Of a DNA stretch of 50,766 nucleotides, positions 32,064-41,503 are shown one piece after another. Within the stretch, counting starts at the first letter, position 1. Every line of letters starts with the position of its first letter. The DNA lies in the NCBI GenBank assembly GCA_044226625.1, contig JBGAGQ010000048.1, positions 1 to 50,766 on the forward strand, in the 5' to 3' direction. The stretch comes from Thermoanaerobaculia bacterium (GTDB taxonomy: Bacteria > Acidobacteriota > Thermoanaerobaculia > Multivoradales > UBA5704). The notes under the pieces are model-generated. The model saw only the letters and a list, made by a program, of their open reading frames with translations, did not search any database and was not told the DNA's origin. The position numbers were made by a program, and so were the translations under genes.

Positions 32064-34671
32064 GTCGCGGGGCCTGCCGCTCGGGGTCAAGATCTTCCTC
32101 GCGACCTCGCTGCTGATCGCGCTCGCGGTCGGCGCCGCCGTGGCCGTGACCTCTTTTCTGGTGCGGCGGATCGCGCTGCAGGCGATCGACGAGACGCTCG
32201 CCCAGACCTCTGCGGCGCAAACCGCCTTCCAGGCCGAGCGCGGCAAGCGGCTGCTCGCGAACGCCCGACTGTTCGCGAGCGACCCCTCGCTGAACGCCTA
32301 CGTCGCCGAGGCGGCCGCCTCGCGCGACAGCTCGTCGATCCTCGACCTGTTGAACGAACGGCAGCGCGACGTGGGCTTCGATTTCGCGATCATCCTCGAT
32401 TCCTCGGGCAAGGTCCTCGCGCGGACCGACCGGCCCAACGGCGCGGGGGAGGACCTGACCAACCGCGCGCTGGTGGCCAAGGCGATCAGCGATTTCGAGG
32501 CGGCCGGCGTCTGGATCGAAGAGGGCCGGCTCTACGATGCGGTCGCCGTGCCGCTGCAGCGCGAGTTCAACCTGCTCGGCTTCTTCGTCGCGGGCTTCGC
32601 GATTACCGACGCCTCGGCGCTCGAGGTGCAGAAGGTGAGCGGCAGCGACGTGGCCTACGTCACCGCGGGCGCGGGCGGGCCGGCGGTCGTCGCCTCGACC
32701 ATGCCCGCCCTTTCGGGAAATCTCGCGCAGGCGCTCGCCGCCTCGCCGCGGACGATGGGCGAGGTGATGGAGGAGGGGCGCGAGGTCAACCGGGTCGAGC
32801 TGTCCTTGCGCGGCGAGCCGTGGATCGCCGCCGTGGTGCCGCTCAAAGACGCGGCGGGCAAGGCCGTCGGAGCGACGGTGGGCGTCGCCTCGCTGGCCCG
32901 CGAGCTCACGAGCTATCGGCAGATCCAGAGCGCGCTGATCGCGTCCGGCTTGGTCGCCGCGCTGCTCGCCCTGTTCCTCTCGTTCGCGCTCGCGCGGCGC
33001 ATGCTCGCACCGGTCAAGAAGCTAGCGCAGGCGGCGGCTGCGGCCCGTCAGGGGAACTACGACCTGAAGATCGACACCGGGAGCGGCGACGAGGTGGGTC
33101 AGCTGGCCCGTTCGTTCGACCAACTGCTCGCCGATCTGCGCGAGAAGCGCGACATGGAGGTCTACGTCAGCGACCTCTCGCGCAGCCTGCCGGAACCGCC
33201 CAGCGCGCGGCCGCTGATCGGCACCGCGAAGTCGCGCGATCTGATGGTGCTCGGCATCGAGCTCAAGCGCTATGCCCGTCTGGACGGCGATCCGGAGCAG
33301 GTGCTCGATCGCCTCGCCGCGGACTGGAAGCGGATCGCCGGCGCGATCTCTTCGCGCCGCGGCGCGATCGAATCGGTCTCCGGCCACCGGTTGCTCGCGC
33401 GGTTCGACGGCGAAGGGCGCGGCCCGCGGGCGCTCGCCGCGGCGGCCGAGATCCTCGGATCCGAGCCGGAGGGGAGCCCCGACGCTCCGTCCGTGGCGCT
33501 CGCCTCCGGGCAGGCGGTCACCGGTCCGATCAGTTGGCGCGAAGGGGCGGACAACGCGCTGGTCGGCCTGCCGGTCCAGCGCCTCGAGGGGCTGCTGCGC
33601 GAGGCCGCGCCCGGCGATCTGCTGCTCGCCCGCGAGGTCCACGACGAGCTCGCCTCGACGCTCGAGACGGCCGGATACCGATTGGCGCCACGCAAGGGCG
33701 TGCTGACCTCCCAGCCGTTCTACGCGTTGAATGCCAACGTCGCGGCTCGGATCACCGGAGCCCGCGGCGCGGCCCTCCTGGAGGCCACCGAGGCGGCGGC
33801 AGGCGCCGCGCCGGCGCTGGTCACCACCTCGTCGACCCTGTCCGGGATCTCGCCGGGGAGCTTGCTCGGCCAGCGCTTCGAGATCCTCGCGGTGCTCGGC
33901 GCGGGCGGGATGGGCGTGGTCTACAAAGCGCGCGACCGCGAGCTCGACGATGTGGTGGCGCTCAAGATGCTCAAGCGCGAGCTTTGGGGCGACCGCTCGC
34001 AGCTCGAGCGGTTGAAGAGCGAGATCAAGCTTGCGCGCAAGATCACCCATCCGAACGTCCTGCGCACCCACGACTTCGGCGAGATCGACGGCGTGCCCTA
34101 CATCTCGATGGAGTTCGTGCGCGGCATCACCCTGCGCTACCTGCTCGATCAGACGATGAGCTTGCCCTACTCGGCGGCGCTGCGCCTCGCGCGCCAGCTG
34201 TGCGCCGGGCTGGGGGCGGCCCATGCCCAAGGGGTCCTCCATCGCGACATCAAGCCGGAGAACCTGATCATCGAGGCGGTGGGCAACGCCAAGCTGATGG
34301 ACTTCGGCATCGCGCGGCCGATCGAGCGTTTGGCGCCGGGCGAGACGCAGAAGGGGTGGGTGGTGGGCACCCCGCTTTACATGGCGCCCGAAATCCTGCA
34401 AGGTCGGGAGGCGGACGTGCGGGCCGACATCTACGCGGTCGGCATCCTGCTCTACGAGATCTTCACCGGCAAGCCGCCGTTTGCGGGCGCAACGCCGATC
34501 GACATCATGTTGCAGCAGATCAAGGACGAGCCCCTCCCGCCGCGCGGCCCCCAGGGTCCGCTCGATCCGGTCCTCGAGGCGGCGGTGATGCGCTGTCTGA
34601 AGAAAGATCCGGCGGCGCGCTTCGCGACGGTCGACGAGCTCGCCCGGATTTTGGAAGGGTTGAGCGCTTGA
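32044..34671 (+). CDS. Membrane Ser/Thr kinase: TM - Cache-like - TM - HAMP - degenerate class III cyclase - Hanks kinase
   Basis: Two TMs; HAMP PVKKLAQAA..SGDEVGQLARSF; kinase motifs LGAGGMGVVY, VALK, HRDIKPEN, DFG and GTPLYMAPE all intact. Confidence 0.92.
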   Translation: MKNTADKSRGLPLGVKIFLATSLLIALAVGAAVAVTSFLVRRIALQAIDETLAQTSAAQTAFQAERGKRLLANARLFASDPSLNAYVAEAAASRDSSSILDLLNERQRDVGFDFAIILDSSGKVLARTDRPNGAGEDLTNRALVAKAISDFEAAGVWIEEGRLYDAVAVPLQREFNLLGFFVAGFAITDASALEVQKVSGSDVAYVTAGAGGPAVVASTMPALSGNLAQALAASPRTMGEVMEEGREVNRVELSLRGEPWIAAVVPLKDAAGKAVGATVGVASLARELTSYRQIQSALIASGLVAALLALFLSFALARRMLAPVKKLAQAAAAARQGNYDLKIDTGSGDEVGQLARSFDQLLADLREKRDMEVYVSDLSRSLPEPPSARPLIGTAKSRDLMVLGIELKRYARLDGDPEQVLDRLAADWKRIAGAISSRRGAIESVSGHRLLARFDGEGRGPRALAAAAEILGSEPEGSPDAPSVALASGQAVTGPISWREGADNALVGLPVQRLEGLLREAAPGDLLLAREVHDELASTLETAGYRLAPRKGVLTSQPFYALNANVAARITGARGAALLEATEAAAGAAPALVTTSSTLSGISPGSLLGQRFEILAVLGAGGMGVVYKARDRELDDVVALKMLKRELWGDRSQLERLKSEIKLARKITHPNVLRTHDFGEIDGVPYISMEFVRGITLRYLLDQTMSLPYSAALRLARQLCAGLGAAHAQGVLHRDIKPENLIIEAVGNAKLMDFGIARPIERLAPGETQKGWVVGTPLYMAPEILQGREADVRADIYAVGILLYEIFTGKPPFAGATPIDIMLQQIKDEPLPPRGPQGPLDPVLEAAVMRCLKKDPAARFATVDELARILEGLSA

Positions 34672-35863
34672 GCCCTCGGCCTCGATTCGACGCGCCGGAT
34701 GCGATCGCGGCGAGAGCCGAGGTCGAGCCTTCCCTCGAGCTGGGAATCGACGGCGCCGCCCCTTCGGAGTTCAGTCCGGGAATCGAAGCCGGGATCGACC
34801 TGCTGCGACGCCTCGAAGAGTACGAGACGCTTCTCGGCATCTCCCAGGCGCTCTCCTCGACGCTCGATCTCTCGCGGGTGCTCGACCTCGCGCTCGTCCA
34901 GGCCGAGGCGATCTGCAGTGCCGAGACCAGCTCGATCTGGGAGCTCGACGAGGCCCGGGGCGAGCTGTTCTTCCGCGTCGTCCGCGGCTCGGCCGCGCGC
35001 AAGATCCGCGACCTTCGGGTGGCGGTGGGCGAGGGGATCGCCGGATCGGTCGCCGCCTCCGGCCGCGCCGAGCGGGTCCACGACGTCCAGGACGACCCGC
35101 GTTGGAAAGGGGATCCGAACGATTCGTTCCACGCCCGGTCGATCCTCGCGGTGCCGCTCCGCGCGCACGGCCGGGTGGTCGGGGTGCTCCAGCTCCTGAA
35201 TCCCCTCGATGGGCCGAGCTTCTCGGAAGAGGACCTGCGACGGATGGAGCAGTTCGCCGACGTGCTCGCGCCCGCGATCGAGAACGCCCGGCTCTACGCT
35301 CTCCAGCGCCGCCAGTTCCTCGACACCGTGACGGCGATCGCCGAGGCGATCGAAAAACGCGATCCCTACACCGGCGGCCACGTCCGCCGCGTGGTCGCCT
35401 ATTCGGTCCTGCTCGGGACCGAGATGGGGCTCGATCCGGCCGAGCTCGAAGAGCTGTATCTCGCGGCGACCCTCCACGACGTGGGAAAGATTGCAACTCC
35501 GGACGCGGTTCTGCGCAAGCCCGCGCCGCTCGACGACGACGAGGCGGCGGTGATGCGGCGCCACGCCGCCGACGGAGCGGACATCGTCGGCCGCATCCGC
35601 GAGCTGCGACCGGTGCTTCCGGGTGTGCGCCACCATCACGAGCGGCTCGACGGCAACGGCTATCCGGACGGTCTCAAACCTCGCGGCCGTATCGGAAAGC
35701 GCTCGACTCCGAGCGGGCGGCGGCGGAGATCGAGGCCGGCGCCGGAAGTCAGTTCTGTCCCGAGGTGGTGGCGGCCTTCCTCGCCCTCTACGGCCGAGGG
35801 GAGTTCGACCTCGGGCGGGCGCTGGAGCTGGTGGAAGGAAAGTTCCCCGACTACAAGAAATAG
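34668..35863 (+). pseudogene. GAF + HD-GYP phosphodiesterase interrupted by deletion/frameshift at about 35676
   Basis: GAF (GEGIAGSVA, SILAVPL, AIENARLY), RDPYTGGHVRRV, LHDVGKI and HHHERLDGNGYPDGL; the C-terminus TSRPYRKAL...GSQFCPEVV continues in another frame to 35863. May be an assembly error. Confidence 0.8.
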
Positions 35864-35969
35864 CGAGCGCTTCGGCGTCTCGCCGCCGGGAGGCGCCGGA
35901 ACTCCGGCGATCCGGCATGGTTCGTGCTCTCTCGTCCGGAGCGGGTTATCATGCGCTTTGGAGCCGGGG

Positions 35970-37550
35970 ATGCTGCGATTACGCTTTTCGATCCATGACC
36001 AGGAGCGTACCCTTCCGCTCTCCGGAACTCGCCTCCGGATCGGCCGCGAATCCGACAACGACATCGTGCTGCCCGATCCGTCGGTCTCGCGCCAACACGC
36101 CGAGCTGTTCTATCAGGGAGGGCAGTGGTTCGCCCGCGACCTGAAGAGCACGAACGGCATCCTGCTCAACCGGACGCCGGTCCTCGAGGCGCGGCTTCAG
36201 GCGGGCGATCGCTTGACGATCGGCGCGTTCGAGATCGACGTCGTGTCGCCCCAGCCGGAGCCGGAGCTCCCCTCCGGCTCGATGGCGAAGCTTCCCGACG
36301 CCACCATCCTCCGGCCGCTGTCGGATTTCGTCGCCGACTACGGGCTGGGGGTCGAGAAGCGCGTCGGCGTGTCCGACGGCGAGGGGCGGTTCGCCAAGGT
36401 GATGTTCGGCTCGCTCGCGCGGCTGGCCCGCGAGCTGATCTCGGCCGACTCGGTCGATCAGGTCCTCGAGCGCGTGGTGGGCATCGCGTTCGACGCGCTG
36501 CCGATCGACCGCGGTTTCCTTCTTCTCTCCGACGAAAACGGCCAGCTCGCGTGCGAGATCGCGCGGTTCGGCGACCGCGTGGAGCTGCGGCCTACCGCCG
36601 AGGTGCCCGTCTCCAAGACGATGCTCGAAGCGGTGATGCGCGAGCGGGTGGCGCTCGTCACCTACGACGCGATGTCGGACGGGCGCCTGGCCGGCGGAGA
36701 GTCGATCCGCATGCACCAGATCCGAGCCGCGATGTGCGCGCCGCTCTGGTCGGGCGAGCGGATCGTCGGCGTCATGCAAGTCGATTCGCCGTTCCAGGTC
36801 GGCTCGTTCGCGGAGCGCGACCTGGACTTCCTGACCACCCTCTCGAACTTCGCCGCGGTCGCGATCGAGAGCGCGCGCAACGCCGAGCGCGCCCAGCGCG
36901 AGCGCTCGATGCGCAACCGGCTGGAGCGTTACCACAGCCCGAGCGTGATCGAGGAGGTCCTACGGGCGGGGGAGGACACCGGACGGCGCGTCCGTGCCGC
37001 GGAGGCTTCGGTGCTGTTCGCCGATCTGGTCGGTTTCACCCCGATCGCCGAGAGCGCGCCGCCGGAGGAGGTGGTCTACCTGCTCGACGCCTTTCTCGAC
37101 CTCGCCGTCGAGGCGGTGTTCGACGCCGGCGGGACGCTCGACAAATTCATCGGCGATTGCGTGATGGCGTTCTTCGGCGCGCCGGTTGCGCAGGAGGACC
37201 ACGCGCTCCGCGCGGTCCGCGCCGGCATCGACATCCAGCGGCGCCTCACCGAATGGAACACCGAGCGCACGCGCTCGTCGCTGCCGACGCTCGCGGTGCG
37301 CATCGCGGTCAACAGCGGCCCGCTCCTGGTGGGAGACATCGGCAGTCGCCGCCGCGTCGACTACACCGTGCTCGGCAATACGGTGAACGTCGCCGCTCGC
37401 CTCGAAGCGCTGGTCGCCCGGCCGGGCGACGTCGTGGTGGGCCCGGAGACCGCGCGCCTGCTCGATGGGGCCATCCCGGTCGAGGCGCTCGGCGGGATGC
37501 AGCTCAAAGGGCTCAAGCAGAAGATCGAAGCGTTCCGCGTCGAGCGCTGA
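35970..37550 (+). CDS. FHA - GAF - class III adenylate cyclase
   Basis: FHA IGRESDNDI, VSRQHA, DLKSTNG; GAF AAMCAPL; cyclase LFADLVGFT, LDKFIGDCVMA and DYTVLGNTVNVAARLE, with the ATP-specifying K/D and the N/R residues present. Confidence 0.93.
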   Translation: MLRLRFSIHDQERTLPLSGTRLRIGRESDNDIVLPDPSVSRQHAELFYQGGQWFARDLKSTNGILLNRTPVLEARLQAGDRLTIGAFEIDVVSPQPEPELPSGSMAKLPDATILRPLSDFVADYGLGVEKRVGVSDGEGRFAKVMFGSLARLARELISADSVDQVLERVVGIAFDALPIDRGFLLLSDENGQLACEIARFGDRVELRPTAEVPVSKTMLEAVMRERVALVTYDAMSDGRLAGGESIRMHQIRAAMCAPLWSGERIVGVMQVDSPFQVGSFAERDLDFLTTLSNFAAVAIESARNAERAQRERSMRNRLERYHSPSVIEEVLRAGEDTGRRVRAAEASVLFADLVGFTPIAESAPPEEVVYLLDAFLDLAVEAVFDAGGTLDKFIGDCVMAFFGAPVAQEDHALRAVRAGIDIQRRLTEWNTERTRSSLPTLAVRIAVNSGPLLVGDIGSRRRVDYTVLGNTVNVAARLEALVARPGDVVVGPETARLLDGAIPVEALGGMQLKGLKQKIEAFRVER

Positions 37551-37666
37551 CCGCAAGTCCGGTTGGCGCCACGTCGCCGAGCAGCCTGCCTCGGACCGAC
37601 TCGGGGTCGTCCTCGGGAGCTCCGCGACGGGGGGAGCAGCCTGCCAGGGCCCTGTGGAACCGAAGC

Positions 37667-38311
37667 TCAACCGTGGATGGCCGGGGCCACGCCGAGTCCC
37701 CGCGCGAGCTCGGCCTCGAACTCGCGCCAGCCGAGGAAACGGTCGGCGAGCGCATCCGGATCGACCGATCTGCCGGCGAGGCGATAGAACAGCTCCCAGT
37801 GTCGTCGCTCGGCGGGACCGAGGTCGGCGAGCAGGCGGCGGACCTCCCGGTCTTCGACCACCTCGGCGAGGCGGGTGAAGCGCTCGCAGCTCCGCGCCTC
37901 GATGAGCGCGCCGAACAGCAGGCGATCGACCTTGGTCCACGGCTCGCGTCCGAGGACGATCCGGTCGCGCAGCCGCTGCGCCCACCGATTCTTGCGCCGG
38001 CCGAGAAGGGGCCAGCCGCGACGGCTGAGGATTCCGACCACGCGGCGAAAGTGCTGGACCTCTTCTGCCGCGAGCGCGCCCGCGTGCTCGACGAGCTCGG
38101 CGTCGTCCGGATAGTAGCCGGCGAGCGAGAGGGCGTACATCGCGACCTGCTGCTCGCAGACCGCGTGATCGGCGAGCAGCTCGGGCAGGTTCGCTGCCGC
38201 GATCTCGGCCCACGAGCGGGGGGTCTCGTGGAGGAGCGGCAGGGCCGCGTAGACCTCCTCGAAGTCGTTCGTCCCGGCGGTCGTGGCCACCTCGTCCTCT
38301 GCCAGTCTCAT
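37667..38311 (-). CDS. miaE: tRNA-(ms2io6A37) hydroxylase MiaE-like diiron protein
   Basis: LADHAVCEQ, LAAEEVQHF, DRLLFGALIEARSCERF, AERRH and C-terminal AIHG. Confidence 0.85.
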   Translation of the reverse strand: MRLAEDEVATTAGTNDFEEVYAALPLLHETPRSWAEIAAANLPELLADHAVCEQQVAMYALSLAGYYPDDAELVEHAGALAAEEVQHFRRVVGILSRRGWPLLGRRKNRWAQRLRDRIVLGREPWTKVDRLLFGALIEARSCERFTRLAEVVEDREVRRLLADLGPAERRHWELFYRLAGRSVDPDALADRFLGWREFEAELARGLGVAPAIHG

Positions 38312-38404
38312 GGGCGCGGATTGTAGCGCCCCGGGACACGGGAATCCGGAGCGAAAACCGGGCCGAGATCCGGGCCTCGTTCCGGGCTAAAATCCCGCGC
38401 CACC

Positions 38405-39601
38405 ATGGTTCCCGAACTGAGGCGCGCCTACAACGCGCAGTTCTCGGACGAGCGATATGCCCGCATCTGCGCCGCGCTCGACGCGGCGGCCGGACATTCG
38501 ATCCCGTTCCGGATCTGCGAGACCCCGCTTTTCCTCTCCGAGGAGACCGCCCGCCTACTCGCCCGCGCGAGCCGCGAAATCCTGGCGCAGGTGACGACCC
38601 CCGAGTACGTCGCCGCCTCCGCGCGCGCGGTCCCCGAAGGGTCGTCGGTCCCCGGCTTCTCCGAGCCGCCGATCTTCCTGCAGTTCGATTTCGGTCTGGT
38701 CCGGGGGGAGGACGGCTCGATCGTGCCGCGCCTGATCGAGCTCCAGGGCTTTCCCTCGCTCTACGGCTTCCAGTCGTTGATCTCGCGGGTCTATCACGAG
38801 GAAGGGGCGGTCCCGGACGGCTGGGTGCCCTATTTCGGCGGCCTCGACGAAAGCCGGTACGCGGCGCTCTTGCGCCGGGTGCTGGTGGGCGACGGCGACC
38901 CCGCGGAGACGGTCCTGCTGGAGATCGAGCCGGGCAAGCAGAAGACCCGGGTCGATTTCGTCTGGACCGAGAAGCTCACCGGCGTGGCGACGGTCGACGT
39001 CAACGACGTGATCCTCCGGGGCGATCGCGCCTACTACCGCGACGCCCGGCGGGGCGGTCTCGAGACGCCGATCCGCCGGATCTACAACCGGGCGATCTTC
39101 GACGAGGCCGAGCGGCTCGGGCTCGATCTCCCTCCGGTCTATCGCCGGCCGCTCGACGTCGTCTGGGTGGGGCATCCGGACTGGTACTTCCGGATCAGCA
39201 AGTTCTCGCTGCCGTTCTTGAAGAGCGAATTCTCGCCGGCCTGCATGTTCGTGTCGGACCTCCAGGAGGCGCCGGACGATCTCGAGAACTACGTCCTGAA
39301 GCCGCTCCGCTCGTTCGCCGGGCTCGGGGTCGAGCTCCATGTCACGCGCGAACGGCTCGCCCAGCTCGATCGCCCGGAGGACTACATTCTCCAGCGCAAG
39401 GTCGAATACGCGGGCATCGTCGAGACGTTCGACATCCCCGCGCGCTGCGAGGTCCGGATGATGTACCTCTGGACGCCGGAGGGGCCGCGCCTGGTCAACA
39501 ACCTCGTGCGCATGACCAAGGGCGCGATGGTCGGCGTGGATTTCAACAAGGACAAAACCTGGGTGGGCGCCAGCATCGCTCTCCATCCGGAGATCGAGTA
39601 A
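38405..39601 (+). CDS. Uncharacterised ATP-grasp protein (GSP-synthase/circularly permuted type)
   Basis: FDFGL..PRLIELQ, YVLKPLRSFAGLGV, YILQRKVEY and EVRMM. Confidence 0.7.
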   Translation: MVPELRRAYNAQFSDERYARICAALDAAAGHSIPFRICETPLFLSEETARLLARASREILAQVTTPEYVAASARAVPEGSSVPGFSEPPIFLQFDFGLVRGEDGSIVPRLIELQGFPSLYGFQSLISRVYHEEGAVPDGWVPYFGGLDESRYAALLRRVLVGDGDPAETVLLEIEPGKQKTRVDFVWTEKLTGVATVDVNDVILRGDRAYYRDARRGGLETPIRRIYNRAIFDEAERLGLDLPPVYRRPLDVVWVGHPDWYFRISKFSLPFLKSEFSPACMFVSDLQEAPDDLENYVLKPLRSFAGLGVELHVTRERLAQLDRPEDYILQRKVEYAGIVETFDIPARCEVRMMYLWTPEGPRLVNNLVRMTKGAMVGVDFNKDKTWVGASIALHPEIE

Positions 39602-39776
39602 TCACCGCAACGCGTTTTGCTCGACGGCCTCAGTCGAACCGCCTCACTCCGTCCGGGTATCTCGATCCAGCGTCGATACTCTGCCTTGCGTTGGCCCGTG
39701 CGGAGGTCTAAGCTGGTCAGCGGTTGGTCAAGGTTGATCAATCGGGGGCTGGGAGAGGCCCTCCGAGGAGGCGCTC

Positions 39777-40022
39777 GTGGCGGACACGGTATACAACCTC
39801 TATGAAGCGAAGACCGGCCTCTCGAGCTTGGTGGATCGGGCTGCCGAGGGCGAAGAGATCGTAATCGCCAAAGCGGGCAAACCCTTGGCGAAGCTGGTTC
39901 CCTTCCGAAAGGTGCGTTCGCCTCGAGCGCCGGGAGGCTGGGAAGGAAAGGTCTGGATCGCCGAGGATTTCAACGATCCCCTTCCTGACGATCTACTGGC
40001 CGCTTTCGAGGGGTGGGGGTGA
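39777..40022 (+). CDS. Phd/YefM-family antitoxin
   Basis: YNLYEAKTGLSSLVDRAAEGEEIVIAKAGKPLAKLVP and DFNDPLP. Confidence 0.93.
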   Translation: MADTVYNLYEAKTGLSSLVDRAAEGEEIVIAKAGKPLAKLVPFRKVRSPRAPGGWEGKVWIAEDFNDPLPDDLLAAFEGWG

Positions 40023-40408
40023 TGGCGTCGTCGAGCCGGCTTCTCCTCGATACCCATATCTTTCTGTGGTGGCGAAGCGATCCGGTCCGAATCCCTGATG
40101 AAGTCCGGCAGGCCATCTCACAGGCTGATTTTGTGTTCGTAAGCGCCGCCTCGGCTTGGGAAGCGGCGATTAAAGAGGGGCTGGGGAAGCTCCGATTGCC
40201 CTCATCGATGGAGGAGGGGGTGGCGGAGAGTGGCTTCGAGAGACTTCCGATCGCGTTTTCCCACGCCGCGGGCATTACCGAGCTGCCACCCCTTCATCGC
40301 GACCCCTTCGATAGGATGTTGATCGCCCAGGCTCGGGCCGAAGGACTCGTCCTAGTGACCCACGATCGGCAGATGGAAGGGTACCCGGTCGAGCTACTCT
40401 GGTCCTGA
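40022..40408 (+). CDS. vapC: PIN-domain VapC toxin
   Basis: LLLDTHIFLW, SAASAWEAAIK, HRDPFDRMLIAQA and VTHD; TGATG coupling to the antitoxin. Confidence 0.93.
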   Translation: MASSSRLLLDTHIFLWWRSDPVRIPDEVRQAISQADFVFVSAASAWEAAIKEGLGKLRLPSSMEEGVAESGFERLPIAFSHAAGITELPPLHRDPFDRMLIAQARAEGLVLVTHDRQMEGYPVELLWS

Positions 40409-40445
40409 CCGGCTCGCGAAGATCGGCCCCGGGCGGGAAACACCC

Positions 40446-41384
40446 TTACCGATACAGGAATCGAAGCGCCGCCGGCAGGCGGCGGCGCCAGCTCTGTTCG
40501 CTGTGGAGGCCTTTGGGGTCGGTGCGGAAGCGGAGGTTCTCTCCGTCGTAGCCGCGTGCCGAGAGGTGGCCGGCCATGCGCGCGACGAGCGGCAGCAGGG
40601 TACCGCGTCCTTCGCGCATCCCGGAGTCGAGGTAGACGCGGGAGAACGGTGGGCGCGACTGGTTCTGAACCCAATCGAGGATTGCGCCGTCGCCGAGCCA
40701 GAACGAAGGCGACATCACGAGCGCGCCGCCGATGTCGTTCGGCCGGCGGAAATGCGCGTAGGTGGCTGCGAGGCCGCCCATCGACGAGCCGCCGACCACC
40801 GCGCCCGCGGGACCTTCGAACAGCGGCAGCCGTTCGGCGAGCGCCGTTTTGAGCGTGCCGAATGTCCAATCGAGGAATGCGTCGAGCCGCCCAGGCTCGC
40901 CTTCGACCGGAAACGGTGAAAGCTCGCGGATCCGCTCGGTTCCGCCGTGGTCGATGCCGATCACGATCGGCGCGAGCTTGCCCATGCGCGATAGGCGCTC
41001 GACGGCCTCGTGCGCGTACCAGCCGCCGGCATAGGACGGCTCGTCCTCGAACACGTTCTGACCATCGAACAGATAGAGCGCGAAGCGCGGCACCTCGGGC
41101 CGAAAATCAGCGGGCAGATACAGGCGGACCCGCCGCGGCGAAAATCCCGGCGGCGTGAACGGGCCGAGCACCTGGACCGTACCGGGTTTGAGCTCCGGCC
41201 AATCGGCCCGGCTCGGGGCGGCCGGGGCCGCAGGAGCCGTGGGCGCGATCTGCGGCAGGCGCGTCGCGGAGTGGGGCGAGGCGCCGCCAGGGGATACGAC
41301 GCCCAAAGATTTCAGGAAACCGGAATCGCCCGCCTCCTCGGCGAGCTCCGGCTCCGTGACCGAGGCAACTTCGACTTCGCGCAA
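40446..41384 (-). CDS. Alpha/beta esterase (Fes/IroE-like)
   Basis: LYLFDGQNVF, GSSMGG, SPSFW, YLDSGMREG and HSEQSW. Confidence 0.9.
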   Translation of the reverse strand: MREVEVASVTEPELAEEAGDSGFLKSLGVVSPGGASPHSATRLPQIAPTAPAAPAAPSRADWPELKPGTVQVLGPFTPPGFSPRRVRLYLPADFRPEVPRFALYLFDGQNVFEDEPSYAGGWYAHEAVERLSRMGKLAPIVIGIDHGGTERIRELSPFPVEGEPGRLDAFLDWTFGTLKTALAERLPLFEGPAGAVVGGSSMGGLAATYAHFRRPNDIGGALVMSPSFWLGDGAILDWVQNQSRPPFSRVYLDSGMREGRGTLLPLVARMAGHLSARGYDGENLRFRTDPKGLHSEQSWRRRLPAALRFLYR

Positions 41385-41503
41385 CCGGTTACACCTCCAG
41401 CGGACGTTCGGCTCGATGACGCAGATGATCCTTTCCAGTTTAGCAGGTGGACCCAGGCGCAGGTCCGCTTGAGGGCGTCCTGCGAAACCGATACCCTCAC
41501 GAG

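Noticed and set aside
32820-37550. 1576-aa ORF as a genuine giant GAF-HD-FHA-cyclase protein
   Set aside because: Its first 616 codons are an off-frame shadow of the kinase gene, and the rest joins two genes only because of the frameshift at about 35676. The true HD-GYP end and its stop (35863) are in another frame.
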